A program made the translations under genes and the position numbers. 64,000 nt of DNA from Lytechinus pictus. Taxonomy: Eukaryota. Shown here in pieces: positions 11,255-24,624 of this stretch (positions are counted from its first letter, which is position 1; each line of letters opens with the position of its first letter). The notes under the pieces are model-generated. The model did no database searches and was not told where the DNA came from. It saw only the letters and a program-made list of their open reading frames with translations. The stretch covers positions 23,686,001-23,750,000 of the forward strand of contig NC_087252.1 of the NCBI RefSeq assembly GCF_037042905.1. Reading direction: 5' to 3'.

Positions 11255-13450
11255 TCAATCACAAACGTAGTCGCTAAAATACGAAGGGGGGACACGACGG
11301 CGTAAGGGATACCGCCGGCCATTATTGGGGGCAGTGACGTCAAAAGGCCCTGGGGGATCTGACTGACCAGAAAGTGAAAGGGAAGGACTAACATCAGGGT
11401 GAGAAAGTTCGTGAGGAATATCAGGGGGGTCAGGAGGGGGGCAAGGGACACCCGGCACATCAGTAACGTCAGAGGCATTAGGCAAGCATTGTGAGTCATC
11501 CGCTGGAGTGGGACTGGCTAACTCCTCATCACGGTGGTCGTCGTCGTCATCAGAAACCCTCGTTCGAGAAGGATGAGAGGTAGGAATCCCTGGGGGGACC
11601 TTCAAGCAATCCGAGCGCCGGACACGGTATGACGTAGAACGTAGTTGGCTCCCAACAAACTTGCGAATGTTGCACCAATCGTTGTCGACACTGCAGACAA
11701 GGTAGCGAGGTCTGGCCTGGGTCTTAGTCCGGTCCGAGCGCAGGTAGACAAGGTCACCAACGTGAACAAGAGACTCTCCCATCGAAGATAGGCGTTTGGG
11801 TGCCTTCGATTTCATACTGGGGCCATGGTTGGAGAGCCGTTTCTCATGTTGATTGGTAATAACGTCCATGTCACGCAACGGAATCTGTTCACTTGTGAAT
11901 TGGTCACGCTGGGTCCAAAGCTCACGAGCAGAAAGACCAACGCCACGGATACGGCTGTTAAGACGTGCGGTAGCCAGAGCAAGCGCAAGTGGAGTAACAG
12001 GACCACCAAGGGGATCATCACGAAGCAGCTCATCTTCCAGCTCACGGACAGCCTTCTCAGCGACAGGATTCTTGTTGATGTTCTTGGCACGGCCAATCTC
12101 CAAAGTGATGCCCTGACTGCGTAAAGACTCATCGTGTTGGAGAGCAGAAAATCCTGGCGCAGGGTCAGTGCGGACGACAGATGGAGGGCCATCAAGTGGC
12201 CTGAGAGGTGCGCATAGCTGAAGGAGGGCTGTGCGGAGAGTCTCCTTGCGTTCATCTGGAATCAAAGCGCTTACAGTATAAGAAGTGACACTCTCCCTGA
12301 GGATGAAAACGAGTTGGCGGGAACGCTTGATGACATCCGCAGCAAAAGACACCCCAATGACACATGGAGGGTCACCTGTAGACTGGGGAGTAGCAACACG
12401 AGGAACATTCTGGAGGGAAAGACAGCTGTGACAACCGACAGTCACCTGTTGAATTGCTGCATCAAGATCCAGGGCATAGAAATACCGTGAGACAACCTGC
12501 TTGAGTTGGTGTGATGTGGGGTGACCAAGTTGAAGATGTAGGGCAGTGAGAATCCCCTGTAGCACATTGCGAGGAATGACGATACACTCCTGCTGTGGCA
12601 AGAATGCATGATCCCGGCGGACGACCAGTAAGCCATCACGGGCGATGGTGGCAACCTGGAGATATCGCTTCACATCACGGATACCTGTCAACTTCTTCGA
12701 TGGGCGAGTACCCTGAGTAAGGTGGGCATGGGCACGGCGGAGGGCCGGACAATCAGACTGAATCTTACCCCACGCGTGACGAGATGTGAAAGGGAGGCGT
12801 ATCTTCCCTGAGAGGATGTCAGCAACAGACGTAAGATGGACAACAGAGTCTTCCATCCGTGAAATGAAAGTACAGATCTGGCATCGAACATCATGGCATG
12901 GGGGAGCACTCCTACTCGCGAAGTCAGATGGGACATTAGCGGAGCCCGCCAGGTGACGTAAGGAAACCTGGTATCTGCTAATGGTTGCCAAAAAGGTAGA
13001 AACCCGTGGACTGGCAGAAAACTCACCACGACACAATTTCTCATAAGCCTGAACACAAGGTTTGCTGTCAGTAAGAATGCAGACAGGGTAGTGAGACTGG
13101 ATGATGTACGGGCTGAAATGCTTGGTGGCAGCAGCAATGGACAGTGCTTCTACTTCACAAGGTAACCATGTGATTTGACGACCACGGAGCTTCGCGCTGA
13201 AGAAACCTGCGACGAAAGGCGTCCGGTCTCTTGTGACGTACATGGTAGCACCGAGACCATGGTTCTTCACGGATCCATCAGTGACAATCCATAGCTGATC
13301 AGATGGCCGGGGTAGAGTAACCGTACGAGTAGACTTGATGCCGGACTGGGCTTTGTTGAAGGCATCATGAAGCTCATCTGTCCAGCAGATGCGGTCTTGA
13401 GATTTCATACCTGCAATCGATTCATCCAGGGGGCCAGATAGGATGCGCAA
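11255..13450 (-). CDS. pol: Pol part 2: RNase H and integrase
   Basis: RNase H IVTDGS..CEVEAL..LTDSKP..SDFASR; IN HLQLGH..CHSC and D(AADV)-D(RTDP)-E(VAEKAV); Pro/Asp-rich tail ending [20 protein letters not shown]. Confidence 0.9.
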   Translation of the reverse strand: MRILSGPLDESIAGMKSQDRICWTDELHDAFNKAQSGIKSTRTVTLPRPSDQLWIVTDGSVKNHGLGATMYVTRDRTPFVAGFFSAKLRGRQITWLPCEVEALSIAAATKHFSPYIIQSHYPVCILTDSKPCVQAYEKLCRGEFSASPRVSTFLATISRYQVSLRHLAGSANVPSDFASRSAPPCHDVRCQICTFISRMEDSVVHLTSVADILSGKIRLPFTSRHAWGKIQSDCPALRRAHAHLTQGTRPSKKLTGIRDVKRYLQVATIARDGLLVVRRDHAFLPQQECIVIPRNVLQGILTALHLQLGHPTSHQLKQVVSRYFYALDLDAAIQQVTVGCHSCLSLQNVPRVATPQSTGDPPCVIGVSFAADVIKRSRQLVFILRESVTSYTVSALIPDERKETLRTALLQLCAPLRPLDGPPSVVRTDPAPGFSALQHDESLRSQGITLEIGRAKNINKNPVAEKAVRELEDELLRDDPLGGPVTPLALALATARLNSRIRGVGLSARELWTQRDQFTSEQIPLRDMDVITNQHEKRLSNHGPSMKSKAPKRLSSMGESLVHVGDLVYLRSDRTKTQARPRYLVCSVDNDWCNIRKFVGSQLRSTSYRVRRSDCLKVPPGIPTSHPSRTRVSDDDDDHRDEELASPTPADDSQCLPNASDVTDVPGVPCPPPDPPDIPHELSHPDVSPSLSLSGQSDPPGPFDVTAPNNGRRYPLRRRVPPSYFSDYVCD

Positions 13451-14964
13451 TTCGGGAGAACGCGAGCAAGCATCTTATAGGCTCCAATGAAAGACCGCAT
13501 TCCCTTCACGGTTGAAGGGCATGAGCACGTTGACAAAGTTGTTATCCTATGAGGACTTGCTTTGAGGTTCCCTTCAGACCAAACCCACCCTAAAATAGTG
13601 GTGGTTTTTGGACAGACGGTAGTCTTAGATGGAGAAAGGTGAAGACCATTGGAGGCTAGTGCATGTAACACCCTGGACCAGTTATGCAAAAGGGCCTGCC
13701 AGGTGTCAGCACCACAGTACAAGTCGTCTGCAAGTTTGACAACAACACCTTCAAACAATAAATCTCCCAGCACTCGACACATCAACTCCTCCAATGCCGT
13801 CTCTGATCCCGGCATACCCATAGCACAACGGGTGTAAACTCTAATGCCGCGGAAAGGGGTAGCAACACCACAATACTTCATCGAATCACGAGAGAGAGGT
13901 ATTTGATAAAAGGCACTTGCAAGGTCAGATGCAATAATGTACTTCCACTGACCTATCTTTCTCAGAGTGGAATCAACATCAGGCAAAACTGAGGGCTGTG
14001 GCTTAGAGTAGCGCCCAACATCAGCAAAGGCTGTGACAAGACGAGAGCCGCCATTTGGCTTCTTCACAAGAAACGACGGGTTGACATATTCAACCGTAAC
14101 ACCAATATCCTCAGGGCGTGCAAAGACGCCAAGTTTCTCAAGGTCATCAAACTTTCCCTGCAATTCAACAAGCTTCTCCTGGGAATACAAGGGAAGGCGA
14201 CCCTTGCGTTGTGGGGGCTGCACAGGACCCATGTTCACAACGGCCTTGAATGGACCAGATGCACCATTGTAACCCTTGAATGAAGGGCTAAACACACAAT
14301 CATGTTCTGCATGAAGAGACTGAAAATCTCCCCTTGCCTTTGGGGGGAGGATATTATCAGGATCCACAATAACAGACTGAGAAGGCTGTGATAAGGTCGG
14401 CCCTCCCTGCACCACAGAGGGAAGGGCAGTCTGACTAGGAGGAATTTGCGCAACCTGACTGCCATCTGAGACAACCACTGGACAAACCTGACAAAGATGT
14501 TCATTGCGACGGATAACACAAGGACCGCGAGAGAGATTTGGGATGCGGATCCTACCAGCAACACTCGAGACAACACCTGGAGCCGGAAAGAATTCTGTGA
14601 TCATTGGTGTAGGAGGGGAATCCGAGCGAGGCTCCAAGACAAGTGTCTCATCAGCAGAAAACTCAGGAGGTAGGGAAAACTCAAGGAATTCACCTGGCCA
14701 AATGGTGGTAGTTTGAGAAGGGGCACGAAGGACAAATGCGCGACGCACTGCATGACCAGCCTTAGGCTTACTACAGGAACCGTAACTAATCACAGTACCA
14801 TCAGCCAAGGAAATCTCCCTCCTTGCTGGCCTGATGGCCACATCATTCCTTTCCATAAATGGAGTACCAGCCAAAACGTCAACATCAAGGTTCTCAATGA
14901 CCAATCCTTCAAAGTGGAACTCAGGACTGCCACGACAAACGGTGAAACAAGTTTCCCCACAAAC
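13405..14964 (-). CDS. pol: Pol part 1: protease C-terminus and reverse transcriptase
   Basis: [23 protein letters not shown] (YxDD replaced by LADD), TILGW; same frame as gag after the TAG; frameshift near 13430. Confidence 0.9.
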   Translation of the reverse strand, partial: VCGETCFTVCRGSPEFHFEGLVIENLDVDVLAGTPFMERNDVAIRPARREISLADGTVISYGSCSKPKAGHAVRRAFVLRAPSQTTTIWPGEFLEFSLPPEFSADETLVLEPRSDSPPTPMITEFFPAPGVVSSVAGRIRIPNLSRGPCVIRRNEHLCQVCPVVVSDGSQVAQIPPSQTALPSVVQGGPTLSQPSQSVIVDPDNILPPKARGDFQSLHAEHDCVFSPSFKGYNGASGPFKAVVNMGPVQPPQRKGRLPLYSQEKLVELQGKFDDLEKLGVFARPEDIGVTVEYVNPSFLVKKPNGGSRLVTAFADVGRYSKPQPSVLPDVDSTLRKIGQWKYIIASDLASAFYQIPLSRDSMKYCGVATPFRGIRVYTRCAMGMPGSETALEELMCRVLGDLLFEGVVVKLADDLYCGADTWQALLHNWSRVLHALASNGLHLSPSKTTVCPKTTTILGWVWSEGNLKASPHRITTLSTCSCPSTVKGMRSFIGAYKMLARVLPNCASYLAPWMNRLQV

Positions 14965-16191
14965 CTACAGCGGAGAGGACCCATCAGCCTGATGAGCTGA
15001 CTGGGTGGTGGAGGACACGTTACAACCTAATACTCGGGCCGTAGAAGCACGCATCATGTTCCCAGTAGCACCGCTGTCGAGGGTGATACGAACAGCATGA
15101 TGATTATAAAATGCATCGAAATAAGGAGACTGGCGAACTTGGACACGCAGTGTGGAAGAGGTACCTCCACGGCCAGGGTCTGGTGACAAACAAGCCTCGT
15201 CACATGACTCCTGGGGGTCAACATCAAAGTCAAAATCATCAGAACCTCCATCATCAAAAATCTTGGCAACCTGCCTGGCCTTTGCCATGTACTGCCGATC
15301 GGAGTCTGGAGGGTAAGGACAGACACTCAAAAAATGGTCACTAGGACGGCCAGCCTGAACGCACAGTGGACAAGATTTGGAAGACCTAGGACGGAACTTC
15401 GCTGGGGTTCGAGACTGAGTACGCCGGGGAGCAGTCTGACTACGACCACGAGGCGGAAAAGCCGCTGTACGCATTGCCCTGGAACATTCAACTGACTCCA
15501 AAAGACTAGTAAGGGCCTGAGAAATTTCAGGTTTGAGGGATGCAAGTGTGCGTGAACGGAGTTCTGTGCCGTACCTCTGCTTCACCACCTGGGGAAGGTC
15601 AGGGTGCAAAAGGCGAAGCCACTGCAGAACAATGAAATTCTCAATTGTAGGCGAAAGTTCTTCATCATCCAGGATGGGATCACCGTGATGGGTAATACCA
15701 CCACCAGCCGTCAACAAATTGTCCTCGACAAAGGCAAGTAATCTCTGATATAAATCTTCTGGTCGCTCATCAGATTCCAGCTTTATCTCGCAAAAATCCA
15801 AAAAATGGGCACCTGTTGCCTGGAAGCCATAGTCAAGTCTAATAGTGGCCCAAATGTCATTCAAAGAAGTGGAATTGCGAACAATAGAATTTCTAGCGAT
15901 GACGGGACAAAAATTAGCAATCTGACCGAGCATAAGATCAAGTAGGTTCGCTTTCTGTTGAGCAGTTTTGCGCAACTCTGAAGGAACAGAGGGATTGTCA
16001 TCTATGAAACCCCTTGTGGGGTTAGCTTTTGTTTTCTTACCCCATGTTACCGACTCAGAAAGGAAGAAAGCAAAATTAGGATCAAGATTCAAGGTGTACA
16101 AAAGATTCTGTCTCCATCCTTCAAAGGATGTAATTGATTCGACTTTACCCAAGCACCATTGCTTTGGTACTTTAGGCATACTGCACGCCAT
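14965..16191 (-). CDS. gag: Gag-like protein with C-x2-C..H..C knuckle plus protease N-terminus (LDSGA)
   Basis: [31 protein letters not shown]; ends at an in-frame TAG inside the protease. Confidence 0.8.
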   Translation of the reverse strand: MACSMPKVPKQWCLGKVESITSFEGWRQNLLYTLNLDPNFAFFLSESVTWGKKTKANPTRGFIDDNPSVPSELRKTAQQKANLLDLMLGQIANFCPVIARNSIVRNSTSLNDIWATIRLDYGFQATGAHFLDFCEIKLESDERPEDLYQRLLAFVEDNLLTAGGGITHHGDPILDDEELSPTIENFIVLQWLRLLHPDLPQVVKQRYGTELRSRTLASLKPEISQALTSLLESVECSRAMRTAAFPPRGRSQTAPRRTQSRTPAKFRPRSSKSCPLCVQAGRPSDHFLSVCPYPPDSDRQYMAKARQVAKIFDDGGSDDFDFDVDPQESCDEACLSPDPGRGGTSSTLRVQVRQSPYFDAFYNHHAVRITLDSGATGNMMRASTARVLGCNVSSTTQSAHQADGSSPL

Positions 16192-16877
16192 TGTAAGGCT
16201 GTGGGACCGACTCTAATTTCGGCTAGATCTAGCCAACTACTCGTTCACGGTAAACTTACTTTTACGGTGCAACCGGCTGTTTTCCTTCTCAGCAAAGTCC
16301 TTCAAATGTGGAATAAGAAAAAATTCAGGCGTGAGTGAATCCCATAAGCGGCCACCACGACAATGAAGAGGAATCGGAAGCAACTTTGTAGTTGTGATCA
16401 ATACTTTATTTAACCGTAATCAAGTCAAGAGTCGGACGAACGAGTAGCCGCATAACTGACGCAGATGGCGCTATACCAAGATACGAATCAACTGGCGCAT
16501 AGTGTTCACAATGTCTATAAGAAAGGGCAGCAATATTTTAACGCAAGGGATGTAAGGATTTGTTTCATGGAAGATTTTTTTGTCAATTCTGCCAATATTT
16601 CTATCGTAACCTTCGCACATGGCTTCAGAGTGACACCATTCAAAAGGCGAGTGCACCAAAATAATTATTCGATACGGCACAGATTGGGGCCAAGGCTTTG
16701 AACTTTCTTCTCATAAGCATAATTTTCGAATATTGTGTTTTCACTGAAGTATTACACATCGGGATTTTCATAAAAATCAAATTAATTATGCAAGAGGGTG
16801 CGTGACAGATCCATATTAAACAATCACAATTTATCCAGTAACGTGAAAGAGCTATTCACATTCCACATGTTCATTCA

Positions 16878-18171
16878 TGGCAGAGGTAAAATGGCAGAGG
16901 TAAAAATGGCAGAGGTAATAATGGCAAAGGTAAACATGGCAGAGGTAAAAATGGCAGAGGTAACAATGGCAGAGGTAAAACTGGCAGAGGTAAAAATGGC
17001 AGAGGTAATAATGGCAGAGGCAAAATGACAGAGGTAAAGATCATGACATGCTAGATCAGCAAGGAAAAGATATAGAGACTTTCCAGTTAATATCAGTGAT
17101 AATTATTGACCTTCAATGAACTCCTATCGACAAAATGAGTATTATGATGTGATAAGATATTATTAGGATTTTTTAAAAATCATTTAAGGTCTATACTTTA
17201 TCGTTGATATGATTCAACTCAAACATGTTCATGCTAAAATGATTTCAATTAGTGAGTGATGAAAGGATTTATCTTGCCCAGTTCGTATAGAACAACATTT
17301 CATCACATACATACCAAACGAATTGTAATGTAAACACAAATGTGCGCTACCATTAACACACTGAAATAGACGAGTTCGGGATTTCTTTGAACCACTTGCA
17401 TAACTTGGATATCAGAAAAATAACAAAACGTTATGTTATAAAAGTAATTTTTCATATTTCAACATCATAATGGATAGATATTGATATGATACGTATATAG
17501 TTTAATGTAAATGATATATTAATAGCAACTAGTGTTCATTTTTTTTCAGAGTAGTACCTCATTGCAGCTAGTCAAAGTGAATATCAGGTTCCTTAACTAG
17601 TTTCTATGATAACGGTTACTGCATGAATTTTGAAATGTGTAGCGAATCAGGGATTTAAATTTATAGATGTTTCTTAGGTACCGTTCTATCGACCTGTTTT
17701 GGAGGGGAAATTCACCCTGATAAATAGTTTACTGTTAAAATAGCAGAAAAAAAATATATTGGTGAAGGTTTGCCGATAACCCATCAAAGATTAAGAAAAT
17801 TATTAGAAGTTTGAGTTTTTGATCTGTGATGTCATATTTACTAGTAACCACCCCATTTTTATGCACCAAATGTCTACTTTTTTTTAATCAGTGATTCATG
17901 ATTGCTAATAAAAAACCTTTCAGGAGCGGATGTGAAATTATTTGTATGTCAATAAACTTAAGGTACAATGAAAACCATTTTATTTTTTTAATGACATTTC
18001 ATTGATATATTTAATTACACCATGTATGGGGAAAACTGCTCGCAAATGGCGTCCCCGTTAACGTAAAATTTTAGTAGCTTTTTAAATCTTGCCATTTTTA
18101 CCTCTGCCATATTTTCCTCTGCCATTTTTACCTTTGCCATTTTTACCTCTGCCATTTTTACACCGAGCCGT
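16878..18171. repeat. MITE-like remnant with inverted arrays of a 15-bp unit
   Basis: (AAAATGGCAGAGGTA)n at ~16878-17038 and its reverse complement at ~18090-18160. Confidence 0.6.
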
Positions 18172-18849
18172 TTAATTAGACGCCTTAGAATCATTAAAGC
18201 ATGTTAATTGGTCATGAACATAACAAAAATAAAGTTGAGATAATTTCATTTTTCAAAGTGAAACAGTACTTGTCTAGGATATTTGAAAATTTCGTTTTCT
18301 GTTTTCATTAAATGTTGATTAAACAATGAAAATATAAATATAGTAGAAGATGCTCTTCCAAAAAGTAAACGTCATCATATTCGATCAAATTTATTGTTAG
18401 AAATTCTTACTGTATTATTTTGTCTTTTGTTTATTCAACCGTGAAATTTAGCATAAAAGCTGTATGATTTGGTTCGGATATGCTGATATCAAAGTCATAT
18501 TAGGCTTGGGATTTTTAAAAAGTGACAATTTTGCCTTCTGGCGGTGCATACTGGAGCGCGACATAAATTTTTTTCTATAACATTTACTCAGATTGTAGCT
18601 TATGAAATTACCTACACGCTTACATATTCTTAAAATTCTTCCTGGTTCATAAATTATGGATGTTTGTAAAGTTGGGGGAGGACCTATTTCTTTTTGTTGT
18701 GTATAGTATCTTGTTATAGACCCTAACATTGTTTATAAACACGCAAGCCATGATGAATAAGAACACAGTTTTCTAACTATTAGAATGTATAAAGAGACTA
18801 CTCTACATAGACTTACATACACAGACCAATGTTCACAGTTGCGACTAAA

Positions 18850-19006
18850 TTGTGCATATATTTATTTTCTGAAAAATAAGTGAAAATTTAAGATGCTATA
18901 ACTTTTTTTATTTAACATCAGATTTTGATGAAACTTTCAGCATTATGTTTGTCTGATTTTTCTCTATTGATTCAAACCAACATTTTTCTGATGTAAACTT
19001 GACCTT
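18850..19006. mobile_element. Partial Kolobok MITE end
   Basis: Similar to the right ends at 9580-9737 and 29380-29531 (..AAACATTTTTCTG..ACTTGACCTTT). Confidence 0.6.
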
Positions 19007-19701
19007 TCAATCCAGTTTTTGCACCACTTGCCGATCAACACATGGACATAAGTAAAAAAATAATAATAATTGGCTATTCACTCTTCAAACAAATCAGTCA
19101 AATTGACTAGATCACTAGTCAGCTGGGTGCAACTGATATGTCTATTCATATTGTTTACGTATATTCTCGTCAGAAATAACCCTGTTCTGGTAAAATACGA
19201 CTAGAATGAAGTCAAATATCACTAGAATAACATTTGACCCAGCTGACTCGATTAACGAGTTACTTTTACTGATATGGAGTCAGAGTGTTGAGGAGTCTGG
19301 GCAGGACAAGCTTTTCTTTTTCTCCATGTGTACACTCTCAATGCAACAATTTTAAGGGATATAATAGATTATATTTTATGACATATTTTCTTTTTTAAAT
19401 AACTACCTTCCTATTCTTTCACATCCGTACACTCACCATGCTCACATTATCACAGAAAATCCATTGAAAGTATCATAGTGATATGTAATGACCCATTTTA
19501 ATGTTATTCATTATAGTTACGCACTATGGATGTACATATCCTAACCAACAATAAAAGCAATGGCAATTCGAAAGGTGTAGATATGTAAAACATTATGCAT
19601 ATCTGGATGCCAAAAGTGCCTCCAACATAAGTACCAGATATACATGAGATTGAATGAGCTAGCAACAATAAGAGAATTGAGATTATATTCATCTTCTTTT
19701 G

Positions 19702-19739
<38 letters not shown>

Positions 19740-20310
19740 TTAATAGATTGGTTTATCAATGCATCATCAAAATTTATTGGAATCGATATCTCTATATCGA
19801 GCAACTTGTTTTCTGCAGAGAATCCAATCAATGAAGTGACTATCCTTGGTTTACCATTTCATTTTCAAATGGAAATAAGGATTTTTGTAGGATCACTAGC
19901 TCAAATGAACAAATACCATAAATAAAATGGATGATAAAGCATCAGATGTGTAATGAAAACAATTAATGTACATGTATACATGAAATAGTTGCAGACCAAA
20001 AATTAAGAGAGATCCCAGAGGAACAGCATATATGACATGTTCTGTAAACCAGATTCAGTCATTTTACAGAGACATGATTTCTGTAAGCAAAGTAACTATT
20101 AAACCAATCCAATGCTGTTACCTGATGGAATTATCATGATTTTTTTTTTCAATAAGAGATTTACTTTCGACAGAGACCTACCACCTCACATGCCTTGGTA
20201 CATTTTACTGATAAATTATTTCAGTTCATGGACCAAACATTATTTCTGCATTAAATGGGCCTATAAGTACAATAATTATGTGTGCTCAATTTTACTTCTA
20301 ATAAAGTTAC

Positions 20311-20397
20311 CTCGTATTCCACCGTTGTGGGTATGCCGACGTGTCCATTTCCACCAAATGAAAACCACTGCAGCCCCAAGGAGAACTATCGGAATAA
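20311..20397 (-). CDS. Ig-superfamily membrane protein, transmembrane exon
   Basis: Acceptor ttttctgcag, donor GTAACT, phase 1/1; VIPIVLLGAAVVFIWWKWTRRH (hydrophobic stretch followed by basic stop-transfer). Confidence 0.8.
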
Positions 20398-20890
20398 CTG
20401 CAGAAAAGAAACATTTTAAAAGATGAGCTAGTCTGGGTGTAACTTGCGCTTACTCATATTTGTCATGTTAGGCACATTTATAGAACTAAAATGTACAAAC
20501 TCATATTTACATGGTTTGTTCTCTGATTATTTACATGTAAAGAAAAATCAAATCCTCATTCCACAATCAGAGGCTCTTCTCTCTCATTTTTCTTTTCGGG
20601 GGTGGTGGTATGGGGTTGCGTAATTCTTCTTATTACTATCATTATTCTTATTCCAATTCTTTCGATGTATCCCCTGTGGCTTTCTGCCGGGGCACATTTG
20701 GAGAGATTAGGATTTTGTATTCATGTCAGTTATATATTGAAGGCTACGCTCCGCACATTCTCAAAGTATTTTCCTTTGTTTGTAAAGAGCATATACTAAA
20801 TTGTGGGTCGGTTGGGGGTATTTTAGGTCAACAGTATTTTGTGCCATTCTTACAGTAAAAAAAAATTGATGGAAAGCAAATTAATATTAC

Positions 20891-21304
20891 CAATCATCAA
20901 TGCTCTGGCACCCGGACTTCTTTTGTTCATGGTCTCACCAGTTACTGGTATTGTTTCTGAGGGAATTAATATAGATGATTCCACCAAGATCGAAGCGGCT
21001 TTTCGTTCTCTCGACCCGGGTACATCTGACGCGACACATGTATATAAAGTTTCACTTGGGTCAGCTTCGATGGAAATCGACATGTTTTTTGTTGAATCAA
21101 CATTAGTTTGCTCTTTTTGATTCATGGTAGTCATCTGAATAGATCCATGCAGGAAGAAAAGTTCTATATCAGGATAGTAATTAGTCACCGAGCAGGTTAA
21201 GTTAATAGTTCGGTTGGCCAGGACACGGCAAGGCTCTGGGTTGCTGGTCGACGACATATTATTAAAACACCCATTGATAACTGGATAGGGTTCTTTCGGG
21301 GGAG
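20891..21304 (-). CDS. Ig-superfamily membrane protein, C-type Ig domain and stalk exon
   Basis: Acceptor ttttatcttttag; NLTCSVTNYYPDIEL..TLYTCVASD; phase 1 joins in frame to the exon at 46450-46797. Confidence 0.85.
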
Positions 21305-22673
21305 CTAAAAGATAAAAAAGGGGGAAAATGTGATGCTTTGCAGATTGATATCACACTTGTGCAATCATTTGTATTTTTTATGTTTTTAGCAAATTTCTTG
21401 TAATGATTATTTCAAATTATTTTGTTAAAGTTTTATTATCTACAGAAAGACAATATTTAGATCTTTAGGCCTACCAAAATATCCTTTTAAAAAAAAGAAC
21501 AATATTTATGCAAAATACATATCTAGACATATTCAAACGGCCAAAACAATACAAGTGACACTTGTTACAACCGATAATGTCGCACCAACGCATAATGTCG
21601 CATATTGCGACATTATGCCAAGAGCGTCCGACGCATTATGTTGCAGTCAACGCATAATGTCGTAGTTTTTATAACGCATAACGTCACATGTCGCAACGCA
21701 TAATGTTGCAGCAAAGTGTCAACGCATAATGTCACATGTCGCAACGCATAATGTCGCAGCGGTATTTTCTTCAGGACTCGAGCTACAGATAAGATATAAA
21801 ATATGCTTTCACTAAGTATTTTGAGGCACGAGAAAGAGAATTAAGTGATTGGAAATCAGGATTACTCATTGTATGGATATTTATCGGTTAATTGCCATTT
21901 CGTCTACTGCCTTTTTCCCCACTATCGCATGGTCTGATATAATTTCGTCTACAATTAGTTAGTCAACAACTATCAATATAGTCCAATAACAATTTCGTCT
22001 AATTACCATCTCGTCTAATAGCCAGTTGGTCTAATAGCCGTTTTGTTTATTATCATTTAGTCTAATTGTATTTTTTTCAATTGGTCCCATATCCACTTTG
22101 TCCAATATCACCACGTCTATTACCTTTTGGTCTAATAGCCAATTGGTCTAATAACCACTTGGTCTACTCTCATTTCGTCCATGTTCCATTTGGTCTGACT
22201 TCAGTTGGTTCGCTATCACTTTGTCTAAACCCATTTCGGCTAACAATCATTTGGTATCGTTGCCATCGGTCCAATCACCATCTCGTCCAATCATCATTTC
22301 GTCCAATAGGCATATTCATTTCATCTTATAACCATAATGGTCTACTGGCACTATACCTCTACGGTGACTCTATGTATCATTGCCGACTTGTTGCAGTACT
22401 ACTCCTGATTTGTGGTTCAGATCAGCTCGCGAGCGCAAAAAAAAAAACGCCTTTACCATCCGCCGACAGGGCATAGGCGGATCCAGGGAAAGGCCCGGCT
22501 CCCCCCCCCCCCCCCCCCCCGCCCCCGCATAAAAAAGGAAGGGGAACGAAAGAAAAAAAAAAAACGGGGAAAGAGAGGAGGGAAAATGAGAAAAAATAAG
22601 AGGAGACAGAAGAGTGAATAAAATAGTGTGAGGTGAAGACCTGGAAAAAAAAATTATTTCATGTCTCAAAAGA

Positions 22674-22857
22674 GGCGCGATAGCTCAGTCGGTAAAACGG
22701 GGGTTTCTGATTCCGGTGACATGAATTTGATTCCTAATTGGTGCGTTAGTGTCCCTTGGTAAGGCATAATAGTCATTATGCCTACCAGGTGTCTTGGAGA
22801 GGTTCTCTGGTTGCTTGCTTACAAGCATTCATGCTTTCTTAGCAACCAGGTTAAAAA
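22674..22857 (+). mobile_element. tRNA-derived SINE (degenerate)
   Basis: GGCGCGATAGCTCAGTCGG A-box, decayed B-box, A-rich end. Confidence 0.55.
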
Positions 22858-23845
22858 AATCACCATGTACTATATAGGCTAAAATTTTCGCTCGCGCTTC
22901 GCATCCACATCCACATCCACTTCAGAACTTTCATGAATATAGTGCTTGAAAAAGTGCTTAAATTTACCCCTTTTCGGACTGGAATATGAAGTATTTTTAG
23001 CTCGCGCTTCGCTCTCGCTTTATATCTTTATGCTTTTTCAGTTCTGATTTGCTTTGCAAAGTGTACATCGATAATTATTAATATTATTGTTTTTACTATT
23101 ACGAAGTTATATTTATGCATTGGTGTAAAATTAAGTAATAAAACTAAGTTTTGGGGCTGGCCTCACATACAAGCATTGCTTATTTTCGGCAGCCCCTCCG
23201 TTTTACTCTAAAATAAATAAAAAAATCATTTAAGGCAGCTTAATGTTATTAATTGTGTTTATAAAATGTATTGGCCTTATTATGGTTTATAAGATGTTAT
23301 GTTTTTTATATTCTTTGTTTTTATGATATGTTCATTATATACAAAATTGTAAAACGGAAATAAAATTAAATGATTAACACATGTATTCAAAATGCCTAAA
23401 ATCTAGGTCTAAATCTAAAAAAACGCGCACTCAGCACCCAAGTTTGAGATACGCTTGCAGCTTGTTCTATATATTTATAACGTGCTTGAATTATCCAGTT
23501 TCAGATTAGAATATAAAAAAAAACTTCTGCTCGCGCCAATATGTTTGTTTGTGTAATGTCGCCATCTGCGACGGATTGTTGTTTAATCGGCCGGCGCTGT
23601 ATTCTGTGAGGTAAAGCCCGATAAAGTTTGCTTATTAAACTGTATTATTAACTGTAACTGGCTACTCATCTTTCATTTAATTATTGTCGTGATGACAGCT
23701 GGGATTTGGACCTTTGCCTACCCCACACCACGATGAGTTTCATGCAATCCTTGCAGCCAGTTGGTCGGCAAATCCTTTGCCGTGATAGGTATAATAAGTT
23801 TGCCCACAGTCACAGTGTCGTAACTAGTCCCACATATAGCCATTC

Positions 23846-24622
23846 ATGGCTGCTTCCCCACTGTTGAGGATCAATTCCCATCCTCGCCCCCAGGCCTGTG
23901 AGAGAGGCCACCTTAGACTTAGTACAGAAAAGACATGTTTGCCGTTTTCAGAATCACATGCTACTTGTTCAAAACAAATATTTAATTCACATAATCATTT
24001 GAAATTGAATCACAGTGTGACTGGAATAGATGAATCAACCAGTGCCAGTCTTGATTGGAAGTGTGAGGATGAGGATTTTGATGAATATAATTGTGATAAT
24101 GATGACTGTGAGCTGTTAGATATTGATTGTAATTACAATGAAGATGCTTATCAATGTCATGTTTTTGGAAGGAATGAGAATGATGAATCAGTCAGTGCCT
24201 GTGTTGATTGGAATCATGAAGATGGTTGTGATTCTGACCAATGTGAATATGTGGGAAAGGATATGCCTCCCAAAATACATGTATGTTCCCAGAGTCAGAT
24301 CCCAAGTAGAATCTCGCGTAGATATAGTAAGCCCATCTTACATGTAGGTCAAGAACAAATTCAACATGACAATACAGGTCTTAGACATGATAAATGTGAG
24401 GGTTATGTATCAGAAGATGAGTATGAGTGTTGTGATGATGCATCAAAAGTTCATCCAAAGAAAGATGCAGAGCTAGATTCATTTGATCAGTCTCACGTCT
24501 GGCCTATTCAGGTATTACACGCTACCATATCACCTGACTATAACAAGCATAGATATATTAATACTAGTACCACTAATTATAGGAGAAAACCTGAATCCCT
24601 TCATTCCAACATAAGAGTTTAG
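23846..24622 (+). CDS. Element-encoded acidic, Cys-rich ORF of unknown function
   Basis: 258-aa ATG ORF right after the PBS, with repeated S-x-SA(S/C)(L/V)DW..ED motif. Confidence 0.4.
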   Translation: MAASPLLRINSHPRPQACERGHLRLSTEKTCLPFSESHATCSKQIFNSHNHLKLNHSVTGIDESTSASLDWKCEDEDFDEYNCDNDDCELLDIDCNYNEDAYQCHVFGRNENDESVSACVDWNHEDGCDSDQCEYVGKDMPPKIHVCSQSQIPSRISRRYSKPILHVGQEQIQHDNTGLRHDKCEGYVSEDEYECCDDASKVHPKKDAELDSFDQSHVWPIQVLHATISPDYNKHRYINTSTTNYRRKPESLHSNIRV

Positions 24623-24624
24623 AT

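Larger units (their letters stand above)
10548..16497 (-). mobile_element. Full-length LTR retrotransposon with CG..CG termini and 3-bp TSD (Troyka-like)
   Basis: 140-bp LTRs 16358-16497 and 10548-10687 with 3 mismatches; element-strand ends CGCCA..TGTCG; TSD CAT (10545-10547, 16498-16500); PBS TGGTGGCCGCTTATGGGATTC; PPT AAGGAAAAAGTGATTA. Confidence 0.95.

Noticed and set aside
11812..16216. Antisense and alternative-frame ORFs over gag-pol (also over the Gypsy pol)
   Set aside because: Expected shadows of GC-richer coding sequence; no independent motifs
16798..17028. MAEVK repeat protein
   Set aside because: Translation of a 15-bp minisatellite
19541..19925. Short ORFs around an (AG)n microsatellite
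   Set aside because: No recognisable domain or splice support
22471..23533. Complete hAT MITE starting CATAGGCGGATCCAG as an extra nesting layer
   Set aside because: The internal sequence resembles the hAT MITEs at 47967-49502, but no matching right TIR or TSD was found near 41685-41810
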